From Macrostomum lignano (taxonomy: Eukaryota), in assembly GCA_002269645.1 (NCBI GenBank), contig NIVC01001824.1:217621-281620 (forward strand): a stretch of 64,000 bases of DNA. The letters run 5' to 3'. Position 1 is the stretch's first letter. Every line of letters begins with the position of its first letter. This document shows positions 34,829-47,200 of the stretch, one piece after another. The position numbers were made by a program, and so were the translations under genes. The notes below the pieces were generated by a model. It saw nothing but the letters and a program-made list of their open reading frames with translations, made no database searches and was not told the DNA's origin.

Positions 34829-35206
34829 ATGTGCGGTACTTGCGGCGGAAGCGGCGGCGGTGGCGGTGGCGGCTTCGGTGGTGGCTTCCCGCCGTGCGGC
34901 GACTCTTGTGCACCACCACCGCCTTGCTGCCCTCCACCGTGCTGTCCAGACCCGTGCTGCCCTCCGCCGTGCTGTCCAGACCCGTGCTGCCCTCCACCGT
35001 GCTATGCAGATCCGTGCTGTCCTCCACCGTGCTGCCCTCCGCCGTGCTGTCCGGACCCGTGCTGCCCCCCGCCGTGCTGCCCTCCGCCGTGCTGCCCACT
35101 AGGACCGCAGTCGTGCTGCCCCCAGCCGTGCTGTCCGGATCCGTGCGGTGCGCCGTGCAGCATGTGCTGCTACGATTGCTGCGACTGCAACGTGAACTGC
35201 TGCTAG
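34829..35206 (+). CDS. Intronless Cys/Pro-rich protein (125 aa, 40 Cys) with CCPPP/CCPDP pentapeptide repeats, similar in composition to keratin-associated proteins
   Basis: AAGATG start. Repeats vary at third codon positions while keeping the amino acids. Gly-rich head, Cys-rich tail ending CC*, and AATAAA at about 35501. Confidence 0.85.
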   Translation: MCGTCGGSGGGGGGGFGGGFPPCGDSCAPPPPCCPPPCCPDPCCPPPCCPDPCCPPPCYADPCCPPPCCPPPCCPDPCCPPPCCPPPCCPLGPQSCCPQPCCPDPCGAPCSMCCYDCCDCNVNCC

Positions 35207-36088
35207 CGCCTTGCTGCTGTACGGAGAGTCGTCAACCTGAACCTCTAAACTTGACAATGGGGATGGCGTTTTTTTAGAACTCTTGGCTGGCTCCGTGTGT
35301 ACATTAGAACCTTTTTATTGCAGCACGTGTCCCCTCTGCACATCTCGATCGCGATGCGAGGCGGAGCGCTCCGCAATTTTTTGTTCTGTGATCCCAACTC
35401 CCCGACTTGAGCTATCAATCAATGCCAAGCTTTGCCTAATAGCGAACGCGCTATGTTATAATAAAGTGGCAGTCTAAAATTGCTTTTTTTATTGTGCGGA
35501 AATAAATCTCGCGTCTGTTATTACTAATATCTAAGACTACAACCACTCCCTACTAACGCAAAACGCCAGTTTTTGCCCAACAAGACTTTTAGAAAGAAAA
35601 CTGATGCGAATAATTCCGGAAAAAAGCATTTTCACACAGATCAAACGATGGGATTTTGTGTTAGACTTTTCCAACTTGGAGAATTCCTAATAAACGGGGA
35701 CTAACATTTAGTTTCGAGTTCGAACATTCAACTTAATCAGTTTTGGCGGCTAAAATTCTTGTTGATTGCTATAGTTGCTCCCACAGAGATTCACTAAGCT
35801 GAGTGATGCTTACTAAGCTATAGGTAAGCCACCACCAAGCCAGGCATTAAATTCGTGTTTGCGTGATCGCGTATTGGACACTGGACAGCGTCCTTTGATG
35901 CACGATAAATATCATGATCTTAATGCAGCCCCGTAGTATAGCATTTTTTTATTGCATTTAGGAAGTCTAGCATGCAGTTTCAGACGCGGCCAACCATAGT
36001 TCAAGCTTTGACAATTGTTTAGGACCAAAACTGTGTATTGAGGAGAGCATCGAATTCAGACTTTAAACTCAGAAGGGTTACCATATAC

Positions 36089-36122
<34 letters not shown>

Positions 36123-36298
36123 AATACGTTGTCGGGCTAGTCAGTCACACAACGTCACACACAAAAACGCACAAAAATTGCTTACTGAGGTAAACAACGA
36201 ACCGATCAGCATAAGTGCACATTGTTCTTTTTGTACTCAACAAACGACCTCTTGTAGTCGCACAGCACCGGTGGAGCAACCTTGAGGCCTCGACTCAC

Positions 36299-36635
36299 CT
36301 AGCCGAAAGTCTCCTTGAACAAGTCGCCGATTTCCATGAAGCCGATGTCTTTGCTGCAGCCTCCGTGCACGAACTGGATGCAGAAATTGCGATTGAAGCC
36401 ATTCCAGGGGTTGCCAGCGATCCAGTAGGGATGTGACCCGATCAGCCGCTTTGGTGTGAACCAGTTCTCCGAGTCTAGCTCATTGGAATCTTTGCCGACA
36501 TCAAATGTGACGCTTGCAGACCACCGTGTCGTCTTGGCTCACCAGCCGATTATAGCTCGCGGCAAGTTGTCCAGATTCCATACCGAAAGACGTCTGGTAT
36601 CTACCGAGAGGCCTCTTTCCGCAATGGGCTTTGAT
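36299..36635 (-). pseudogene. Coding-like segment missing from the ORF track, with an in-frame TGA at 36539-36541
   Basis: Reads VWNLDNLPRAIIGW*AKTTRWSASVTFDVGKDSNELDSENWFTPKRLIGSHPYW..RNFCIQFVHGGCSKDIGFMEIGD. It resembles an unnamed invertebrate domain (NWF..RL..S / R.F.I...GGC..D.G) recalled from memory. Confidence 0.4.
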
Positions 36636-37433
36636 GGTGAAAGGCAAGGTTTTTACCCGCCTCTGTATTTTTATAACGTATGTATATATATATATATACA
36701 TAAAAAGTCTAAAGTATAAAGTATACTTTAAAAGTATAAAGGTATAAAAAGTCCGAATTCATACTTTAGCGACTGTATTTACCACTGTAGATGATATACC
36801 GCTTGAACTTTATTATTTATCACAGCTTATCACCATTACTTTGCTGCTGCCATGGTGAATGGTTGTGAATGCAAATGTAGATCTGGAGGTATTGTGACGC
36901 ACGATTAGCGAATCTATTTTAGATAAAAAATGGAAATAGAGAAAATGCACCATTTTTGTTAACTCTATTGTACATGGCGATTTTCCAAAAAATGTAACAA
37001 GTGAGAAATTCAATAGTTTACCTTTTTGTTAGTCTGGATTAATTGTTTATTTTTAAAAAAATTGAGCACTGGGAGTACAACAACAAGGCACACCGCGGGA
37101 GAAGACAGTACATTTCACGAAGGACGGTGTTGGATTACAGTAGTTTCCTCAGCGGCAACAGATGCGCCTGGCCGATCACCCCAGCGTCATCCAGAAGGCA
37201 ATCCACGTAGCGGCGTGTCCAGCCGTAGCTCTGGCGCCAGGGGCCCTGCATCGAGAGCGGCTGGATGTCCTGTACCGGTTGCACAGATAGTGTGGCCCGC
37301 CAGTTGAAGTCTTCGCCTGCGGAGGGTCTCGACTCTCGCTAAGATTGCCCCAGAGTCAATATACTAGTTTTGACTGCTAGTGGTCCTTGTTTGGATTCTT
37401 CTCCGCGAGTTATCGTGGAGTTGGCAGTAAAGT

Positions 37434-37505
37434 CAAGGACTACTTAAGTTATATATACGTTATACTTTATACGTTATACGATATACGTTACTTAAGTCGT
37501 CCTTG
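37434..37505. mobile_element. 72-bp mini-MITE with 16-bp TIRs and an 8-bp TSD (P- or hAT-type)
   Basis: CAAGGACTACTTAAGT ... ACTTAAGTCGTCCTTG (15/16). AGTAAAGT at 37426-37433 and 37506-37513. The interior is TATACGT-like repeats. Confidence 0.8.
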
Positions 37506-40135
37506 AGTAAAGTACGCGAGCGTACTACTAACACGTAATACCCCTCTTACTCGAAGATCTGATAGTAACGTATCTTCATGACGTGACCCGGGCTGCATGA
37601 AAACGTCTGTGCCTCCAGGCCTCGTGCCCTAGACTTCGTGGCAGCCTCTAGACGGTACAGTAGCTGCAGACGTTGCGACCAAGATCGCATTGTCTAGACA
37701 GCGGGCCCGGGTTTGTTTGAAGGTACACTGTACACGTCAGAGGCGCCGCCGCCACCAGTCACCTCACCTGTGCAGGAGAACCCGGTAAAAACTCTTGACC
37801 CCAACTGTACTAGAAATGGCCGATTAAGGGATTCTATGCGAGGCATACAAGGACAGTCTAGGATCAGTGCTGGAAACGAGGACTTTAGCATAGGTAGATA
37901 TTTTAGCTGGTGAGCGGTTTTAGACTAGGATTCCCTCCTAAGCCCCAGGATCCCAAGGTTGGATAGTAGCTCGCATTAGGTAACGTCATCTCAATGCCTT
38001 TCCTTAGCTCCTACATGGGTTCGATGCAGCAGCAGGGGATGTGGAAGTGCAGGTCCCAGAGCTCTCTCGTGGTGCACATGCATCCTACGATGACTTATTT
38101 AGAAATTACGAGAAATTACTCTTCTACTGTACGAGTAATTGTTACTGCTAGGATTATTTGGTTAAATTTGGTTCATTCTCGGTGATCCTCCTCTCTGATC
38201 CCCAGTTTCCATTCCATCATGCCCTGCGACAGGCGCACTCAAGCTATTCACGTTGCATACCACGACTCTTTGTAAATGAATCAACAGCTCGACAGAAGCA
38301 ATAAACGAGTTGAATCGCTACCGCCCTGAATTATTGGCCCTAAAACTTGGTCCTAACCGCTCGGTAAATTATTAAAACGGAATCAACAAGTTAGGATTGA
38401 CAGATTAGAAAATGATGAGCAATGGAGGGACCGGCTGACTATAGCTACATGTATACCCAAGTGCAGCGCAACAGAGAGAGAAATACCTTACAGAACACGG
38501 CCGATGGCCGGGCTGCTTGGCGCAGTAGCAGTAGTCGTTGGATAGTCCGGTGGCGGCTGCAGTCACAGACGGCCATGAAATCCAGACAAGATGCATCTGG
38601 AGGTTTGCCAAGCAAAGTTACAGCTCCAAAGGGTGGGAAAAGAAGTAGGGGAATGGGGGGGACGCAGAGCGGAACCGTACAAGTCCAGTATTAAACGCGG
38701 AAGGGGAAAGGCGGAGCGTGGAACGCTGGAAAGTTGCTGCTGGGGTCAAAACGAGCTCTTATATTTTACAGCCCTGACAGATCACGCGTCACGTGATAAC
38801 GTGAGCGTGATGCGTGACACTGAAGGTCGTGACTTGCTGATCTTGGCCTCCGTTATCAAGCAACCCTGAGATGATGACGTCACCCGTCAGCCGCGCTGCC
38901 ATTGGACGAGAAATTGGGGTGGGGCGCAGCGGAGAAAAAATATTTATGATGGGGGGATTACGTAACAGGCAGGGAAAAACTTGCGGGGAGATAGGGGGTC
39001 ATAATTAACTGTCATGCTTTCGAAGTTTGACTTCGAAACTTTGAAATTTTTGTCACTTGTGACAAAAAATTGTGCACGATCTTGACCATCACGCAGGACA
39101 AGACAGCAGCGCGGTCATCGTCACTCAAGAAAAAAACATTCAAACTCAGTGGGAGAGTTGCATTGGCGGTCTACCATGCAGATAACGTACTGCACCCTGC
39201 ACCGATCCCGCGAGGCTCGATCCCTTCAGGCGCGTAAGCTGCAGAAATCTTCGGATATTTGCTCGTAGGCCGCCCCTATAGGGAGGGAAAAAGAAATATA
39301 CCGGAAACAGACTTCAAATTTTTTTTAGGCTTTTTGAGGGGATACACCCGGCCCCATCCCTCTCCAGGGCGTCACCTGGATTTTCATGATGGGGGACAAA
39401 GCCAAGAATTCTACATTTAAATGTACATGACTAAATTCCTACACATTATTTTGAGAATTAGTGCACGTGCTCATTTTGGCACTACAGGCACTCGATCATG
39501 TTAGCGTCGCAGACACTCATTTTAGCGTAGCTATTTTGTTTGCCCTAAAAGCAGAATTATTGATTTCCACAACGGGTCAATTGACAAGCAATTGACAAGT
39601 CCGTCCCCGCTGTCCTCCCGGTGGCGACGCCCCTGGCCGCCTCCCTACGCCCCTGGCTCCCTCATTAAAGTCTTAGTTGTTCCGAACTATTTTGAACACT
39701 CTATATTTTAATTTTTATTATGATGATTTAGAATTCTGAGTAAGTGTGCCACCACCAATTTTTGGTTTTCCCTAAAATGTTAAGCTATTCTGCCCGCACT
39801 TTCGCGTTGAGCAATGTAAAAAGTAGTAAAATGTTAAAATGTTGAAAGTGCTTTACATCCAATTTAAGGCTCAAGCCTTAAAAGCTAATTAATTTTACTG
39901 AGTAGTAGTAGTAGTAGTAAGTAGTAGTAAATTTGGCTCAGGCAAGGAGCCTAGCTGTTTTGCCAGTATTATACGATGTCTTTAGCATTTGTTCGATCAC
40001 AAGGTTAAATAATTTTACACGATCGCTGAAAACGAGTTACGATATTTGTATAAGTAAGGTATTTGAAGAGCGTCTGGAAATTTTTTTACGGATTTTTTTC
40101 AGCCGACTAATGACTAACGACAGGACGACCTTTAC

Positions 40136-40277
40136 CTTAAAAACGAGGTAAATGTACCGGTGGGGTTTGGTGTCTGGGGGTGCAGGTGATAAATAATGAG
40201 TCATCATGGGGGTGCAGGAATCACAGGAAAAGAAGAAAGGGTGCGGAAGAATAAGTGGGCCCCGAGCCACGACGTGC
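40136..40277 (-). CDS. Isolated exon resembling the phosphatidylethanolamine-binding protein (PEBP) family
   Basis: HVVA..THYLSPAPPDTKPHRYIYLVFK matches the PEBP Y.GP.PP..G.HRY.FL pattern. It is bounded by TTTAAG| and AAG|GTAAAG. Other exons were not found. Confidence 0.45.
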
Positions 40278-40609
40278 CTTAAATCATTCAAATTACGGTA
40301 AATTTTGCATAGATTGATGAGTACGAGTACCCTATTTTCACGTCCTTCTGAAAGAAAACATCAGTCCCATGCAATCAACTATATTGCTTTTGTCGTGCTA
40401 TGTGTAACAGCGGGCATGCATAGAATTCTATAGCCATGCGTTTGAATTAACTCGGGCAAAGCAAGCCATAGACAACTCGATTTGTCATGCAATATGGAAC
40501 GATGAGCCGGAATAGAAGGAACGGTCTGAGTTTTCTTTACAGAAAGAATAAAAACAGGCATTAATGAAGCACATTTTAAGTCACAAATTGAAACCATCAA
40601 ATATAAAAA

Positions 40610-40990
40610 GGTCAACTCTTCGTTAGCGTATTCGCTTCTGGCGTCGAGGCTTTCGACTCGGTTGGTGTTTTGGCGCACATCCGTTCCCTTTGTAGCAAGT
40701 TTGATCGTAAAGAGCAAACCATCCATACTCGATCAATTGTTTTAAGGCTCATATGCGGCTTGTCAGGAAAGCTTCCAACCAGCTTCTCAGCCATTGACTT
40801 TAGCGTTAGAATGGGATTTTGCTGCACTTCTTGTTGCAAAAAATTGCATCTCTGCGTCCATTTTGCAGCTTTCTTCCTTGCGTCATCCACGAGGCAATTA
40901 GCTTTCAATCTGCCGGCTTGTTCGAATGTTGAAAACATGTTGTTAAAATCGTACTTTGAAATCCCGCCGTAATCTAATATAACAACTAAA
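40610..40990 (-). pseudogene. Degenerate IS630-Tc1-mariner transposase, N-terminal HTH fragment
   Basis: FLQQEVQQNPILTLKSMAEKL..MSLKTIDRV, then after a frameshift LDGLLFTIK..RQNT..DARSEYA. No DDE motif seen. Confidence 0.55.
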
Positions 40991-41974
40991 TTAAACTGCG
41001 ACAGAACAAAAACAAGTCACGATAAAATTTGTCTTAATAAAATTCGTCGCTTTTCTTTCTAACTTCTAAAACAACAATAACTCTTCAGCGAAACTTATAA
41101 CAAATCTTTCGCCGAAATGGTCAGCTTTAGACGAAATGGTCATTGCGAAATATATTTTTCACCGTTATTGACTTTCGCCGAAAATTCTTTCGCCGAAGTG
41201 GGTTGAAACCGTTCGTTTTAATCCAGATAGACTTCCCGGAAATTCCGGGACCGATTTAAAATCCCAGGACTTCGTAACAACTCGGCGCGCGGTCTGCTGC
41301 TGCTGCACCGTCGGCGTCGAGGAGTCATGCATTATAAAATCAAACTTATGATGCCATAGAGCTTGATTTGTCATTAAAAAAATTGACAAATCAAGTGCAC
41401 TTGCACTTAGGCGTGGGGCAATATAGTTTTACTATTTAAACACCACTTAGTCCGATGTAGTGTAGGGCCTAGGGGCACAGAAACAATGCAAAAATGGCAT
41501 ATAAAGCTACACACAGATTGTCTCCCAATTTTTTTTATGGTACATTTGCTATGCTATGACCCCTTCTTGACTATGGTTACTGATTGTTTTTAAAAATAAA
41601 TTCTATAGTAATATAGTGTAGGCCCTATTATAATTCTATACTATATCTAGTCTAATAATAGTCAACAACAACAACAACTAGTCCTACTCTAGCTCAACTT
41701 GACTACTCAAGTTCAAAATGGTTACTGGTCAGATTAGATTTGTGATGAGACATTTCGGTGGCAAGTTTAGACACTGGTGACAAGTTCACAGTGATTTGTT
41801 GTTACTATTTATGTCTATGTCTATAGCCTAGTAGGCCTAGTTCTACTTCTTCAAGTTTATGTTGATAAAATAGTTGCAATTTTGATAAGATCATAATTTT
41901 GTCTCTATAAGGGTTTTTGATGGTGCTGATTTCAAATTTGAGCTCCATTTTTTGGTAGCTTTAACCCAATTATA

Positions 41975-42470
41975 TGTAGCTTAAAACCAACCACCGGGGC
42001 ATAGGGAATAGGGGGTTTTAGCCTAGGGTGGGGAGATTCTTCATGGGGATTGATTTATCAACATAAACTTGAATAGAGGCATGGAGACCTATTCAAGATT
42101 GTGTTGATAAATTCCAATCCTAATAGGGGGGAGGAGAGGGGGTTGTAGCTTAAAACCAACGACTGGGGCATGGGGTCGGGGATTGGGGAAGGGGGGTTTA
42201 GGGTAGGGAGATTCTTCATGGGGATTGATTTTATCAACATAAACTTAAATAGAGGCATGGAGACCTATTCAAGATTGTGTTTATAAATTCTAATCCTAAT
42301 GGGGGGGTTGTAGCTTAAAACCAATGACTGGGGCATGGGGAATGGGGGAGGGTTTAGGGTGGGGAGATTTTTCATGGGGATTGATTTTATCAACATAAAC
42401 TTGAATAGAGGCATGGAGACCTATTCAAGATTCTGTTGATAAATTCCAATCCTAATAGGGGGGGGGGTTG
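41975..42470. repeat. Three units of about 167 bp, each a G-run tract plus a 60-nt hairpin
   Basis: Units start at about 41977, 42145 and 42310. Stem arms ATTTATCAACATAAACTTGAATAG and CTATTCAAGATTGTGTTGATAAAT pair at 22/24. Confidence 0.9.
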
Positions 42471-44207
42471 TCTGAATCAGACGACACAAGAAAAGAGTCA
42501 ACATATTTCAGATTCAGAAGTTGGTTAAATTCTATAACTTTATCTATATGAATTTGCTTACCGAAATCAGGTGCTGTTATAGCCATAATACAATATAATT
42601 AGTAGTATAGCCTTGTACAGTAATTGGTTGAGAGGTGCGAAGTGCTTTGAAGTTGCAAACGTAGCTTTGGCTGGGTGCAGTGAAAGTGCAAGTGCACAGA
42701 TCAAGCGGGTCGTGACGTGGCAATTTAAAAAAAAGCAAACAGTGTCTATGCATTATAACTAAATTGAAAAACTATTATCATCGAACGTAAAAGACAATTG
42801 CATATTAATTTTTAGATATTAATATTTATCTTTAATTGGCCTAATGAATTTCTAGCACATGTGCTATTATATTAAAAGTCTAGTGGATACACTTTCAAAA
42901 ATGTATTCGGAGAAACTTTTGCTTACCGAACCTCATTAAGAGAATAGGGAATCGAGTAAATCGTGATTGCATCAACCGTACAGGTAACTTTCTACAGTTT
43001 TTTTTGCATTTTTGAAATTTTTGGTGCCCCATAAGTGTCCACTGCAAGTTTCAGAAAAATCGGAAAATCAGAAGTATTTTATCAACATAAACTTGAAGAA
43101 GTCCGCCTAGTCATATAGGCCTATTATTATTCTTTAGTCATTTAGATGTTGCTATTGTTGCATAATAATTGGGCCCTATAACTGAGTTTACTAAGCTATC
43201 AGTTGCATATCTGCCTATTGTAGGTAGGTATAATCAATCATTATTATTATAATATAAAGTTATATAGCAATTACTTTCAATGTTTAATTAATCTTCTAGT
43301 TCCACCTTTGAGCCAATGAATAGGCCCCTATAAGTCTTATGCCATGAATGCCCTAAAAACCACATGCCTTTTTCTTCTCTTTTTCTCCTCGATATATAAG
43401 GTAGTTATAGGAGCCATTTATATGATTTTTAGGCCCTGATATTTATTATTTATGCAGCATAAAAGAAAGTAGTTTTCTTTAGGTTCTTTATCTTTTTCTG
43501 TAAGAAGCGGACAATTCTTGCCCTATCAAATTTTATCCATCTGTTTTAATCTATTCAAGCTCTAATGCTCTCTAATGTGTGTATTTAATATTTAGGTGTC
43601 TTGTATTTTCAGTCTAATTCAAACCAATTTAATCAATTTGATTTGAATATAAAAGTTATTCAAAAAGCTTTAGCAACTAGGCTTAGCTGTTGAAATGCAA
43701 AAAGAGAGTTAGATTGAAAAATATTGCTTTTAAAGTCTATATAACTAGAGTCCTAGACAATATGTTTTGTATATATTTGATGCCTTTTTTATTCAAGAAT
43801 AAAATACAGAATTTTACTCAATAACTGAATTGAAACTATCATCCTATGAGCATCTTGGTCAGTTTTGGAGCTACACAGAGCCAAATCTAGGTTGTAGGGT
43901 AGGTGACAAACAGTTTTTTAGTTGGTTCTATATCTAAAATGTAGTTTGTCATTGCTGCAATGTGACTTGAGGCTAATGCTTTTCCTTCTGATATTAAATA
44001 ATTCAGTTTATTGTGCAACTGCATGTAAATCTGAACTATTTAAAAAATACATCAAATTTTTATTTTATTTCTGAATAATTATGCTTGCAATTTTTTTTCA
44101 TGTTAATCAAAATGTCCTGTATATAAATGTTTTAAAGAGAATTTAAATTGTCAATAAAAATAAAATTTTCCAACTCTCTGATATCTGTGCAGCTCAAGGC
44201 AGTTTCA

Positions 44208-47200
44208 ATGCCAGACAATGGATATGAGAATGGGAGTCTGGAATCTTCATCTATTGTTATGCTAACACGCCAACGAAGATCAAATAGAATAGCCAGTCAG
44301 CCGCAGCAGCATCAACACCTGCAAGAAGAAGAGTTAACCCAAGCAGCTCAACCAGACGCCACTAAGAATGAACCACAGCACCAAAAGCAGAGACGCCGCA
44401 AGCAAGGCCGACCATCTTCTTCTGCTGCTCAGGCTCCAGCTGCAGAGAGCGACACAATTATTACCAATCAGCCAGACAGCCAATTGTCAGCATCGAATTT
44501 GTTAATCTGTTTCGACTGCCGTTTTGCCACCCTGCAATTGTCGGCTTATATGGATCACGTGATGCAGCGGCATGGATTGGCGCCCACAGAGGTGAAGCTG
44601 CATCGCTGTTTAGACTGCGGCTTTCTGTCTAGCGAAGCTGCAGTTCTGACTGAACACGTGACTGTCATGGGTCACGGGGCTGCTGCTACTGCTTCGGACA
44701 ACCCTGGTTTGTGAAAATTTATCTTTAACCCGTTCGTTGATTCACTTCTTTTTCAGCACTTCAGATCATTCACTCAATCATTGAGTCACTTGTTTCTCTT
44801 CATTCACTTAATCCTCGAGTCACTTGTTTCTCTACATTCACTTAATCTTTGAGTCACTTGTTTCTCTTCATTCACTCAATCCTCGAGTCACTTGTTTCTC
44901 TCCATTCACTTAATCTTTGAGTCACTTGTTTCTCTTCATTCACTCAATCCTCGAGTCACTTGTTTCTCTCCATTCACTTAATCTTTAAGTCACTTGTTTC
45001 TCTTCATTCACTTAATCCTCGAGTCACTTGTTTCTCTTCATTCACTCAATCCTCGAGTCACTTGTTTCTCTCCATTCACTTAATCTTTAAGTCACTTGTT
45101 TCTCTTCATTCACTCAATCCTCGAGTCACTTGTTTCTCTTCATTCACTTAATCCTCGAGTCACTTGTTTCTCTTCATTCACTCAATTCTCGAGTCACTTG
45201 TTTCTCTTCATTCACTCAATTCTCGAGTCACTTGTTTCTCCCCATTCACTCAATCCTCGAGTCACTTGTTTCTCTTCATTCACTCAATCCTCGAGTCACT
45301 TTTTTCTCTTCATTCACTTAATCCTTGGATCACTCAAATCACTTACCCTACCCCCCCCCCTTCCACCTCAGAGCCCGCCTGTCCAGACGATAACTTGGCC
45401 ATTTCAACAGGCACTGCAGTTGGTCATGTAACGCCAAAGAGCCGCGGCCCGCACTCTTGCACCAGCTGCGGCAAGCATTTCCGTCTCAGATACAGCCTGA
45501 TGCGACATCGTCTCGCTGTGCACCAATCAGAATCAGCAGCTGCAACACCTGCGGCTGACACGGAAGCAACCAGCTCCGCTTCGAAGTTGGCCTGTCGAAT
45601 CTGCTGTAAACTATTTAAATCCCAGCGCTCATACCAGGTGCACAAGTTAGCATTCCACGCCTCCAACACTGACGACGCGACTACAGCTGGTAAAGTTGCT
45701 ATCGCTGATCAGTCGCTGATTAATCTGGATTGCCCAACGAATCCCGGAGATGACTGCGTGATTGTGTCCGATCCGGAACCATTCAAGTGCCGTTATTGCG
45801 ACCTGAAGTGAGTTAATATCCTACACGTATATACTAAGTCTTAATGCACATCAAGCTCAGTCTGCAGAGTCCACAAACAATCATTCACAGTCGTCCATGA
45901 ACCAACCAAAAACATCCATAAACTATTCCCAATCATCCTTAAGCCATCAAGGAATCGTCCATAAACTATCCTGAATCATCCATAAAATATCCCCAATTGT
46001 CCATTAGACATTCCCAATCGTCCACGAGCCATCCCCAATCGTCCATGAGCCATCCCCAATTGTCCACGAGCCATCCCCAATCGTCCATGAGCCATCCCCA
46101 ATTGTCCATGAGCCATCCCCAATCGTCCATGAGCCATCCCCAATTGTCCACGAGCCATCCCCAATCGTCCATGAGCCATCCCCAATTGTCCATGAGCCAT
46201 CCCCAATCGTCCATGAGCCATCCCAATCGTCCATGAGCCATCCCCAATCGTCCATGAACCATCCAAAATCGTTCATAAACCATTCTCAATAATCCTTGAG
46301 CAATCAAGGAATCGTCCATGAACCATCCCTAATCGTCCATGAGCCATTCTCAAAGAATCGTCCATGAACCATCCAAAATCGTTCATAAACCATTCTCAAT
46401 CATCCTTGAGCAATCGAGGAATCGTCCATGAACTATCCCTATTTTTCCATGAGCCATTCTGAAAGAATCGTCCATAAACTATCCCGAATCGTCCATGAAC
46501 CATCCCCAATCGTCCATGAGCCATTCTCAAAGAATCGTCCGTGAACCATTCTCAAAGAATCGTCCATGAACTATTCCCAATAGTCCATGAACCATCCCCA
46601 ATCGTCCATGAGCCATTCTCAAAGAATCGTCCGAGAACCATTCTCAAAGAATCGTCCATGAGCCAAGCTTCATCACCCCTCTCTCCCGCCGCAGATTCGC
46701 TAAGAAGACGGCATTCGCCAGGCACGTGGCCGTCGACCATCCCGCCGAGCGGCCCTACCAGTGCGGCCAGTGCGGCCGCGGCTTCAAGTTTCCGCATTCG
46801 CTGGCTATGCACGCTCGCTTTCACAAGGGCGAGCTCACCTGTGAGCAGTGCGGCAGGCTGTTTCACAGCGATCGCGAGTTTCACGAGCACGTGGCTTCTG
46901 TGAGTACAAGATTTGTAACATTAATTTGAGATATTGTACTTGTGGAGGAATTTTTATTACTTGCCGGGAACATGTATAAATAAACAACAATCCCTGCATT
47001 AAAAAAATATATTGATCCAAAATTGGGATGCCTAACAATGACCCATCCCTAGATATAAGGATTAATCCCAGATTGGGATGCCTAACAATGACCCATCCCT
47101 AGATATAAGGATTAATCCCATATTGGGATACCTTAAATCTAACGAAATCCCAGACTGACTGGTCACTAATGTAGATATCCCTGTTCCTGATCTTGTGGAT

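Noticed and set aside
37990-38620. Short Cys-containing frames on the minus strand (NDYCYCAK.., ELWDLHFHIPCCC)
   Set aside because: The candidate splice phases did not join them into one frame.
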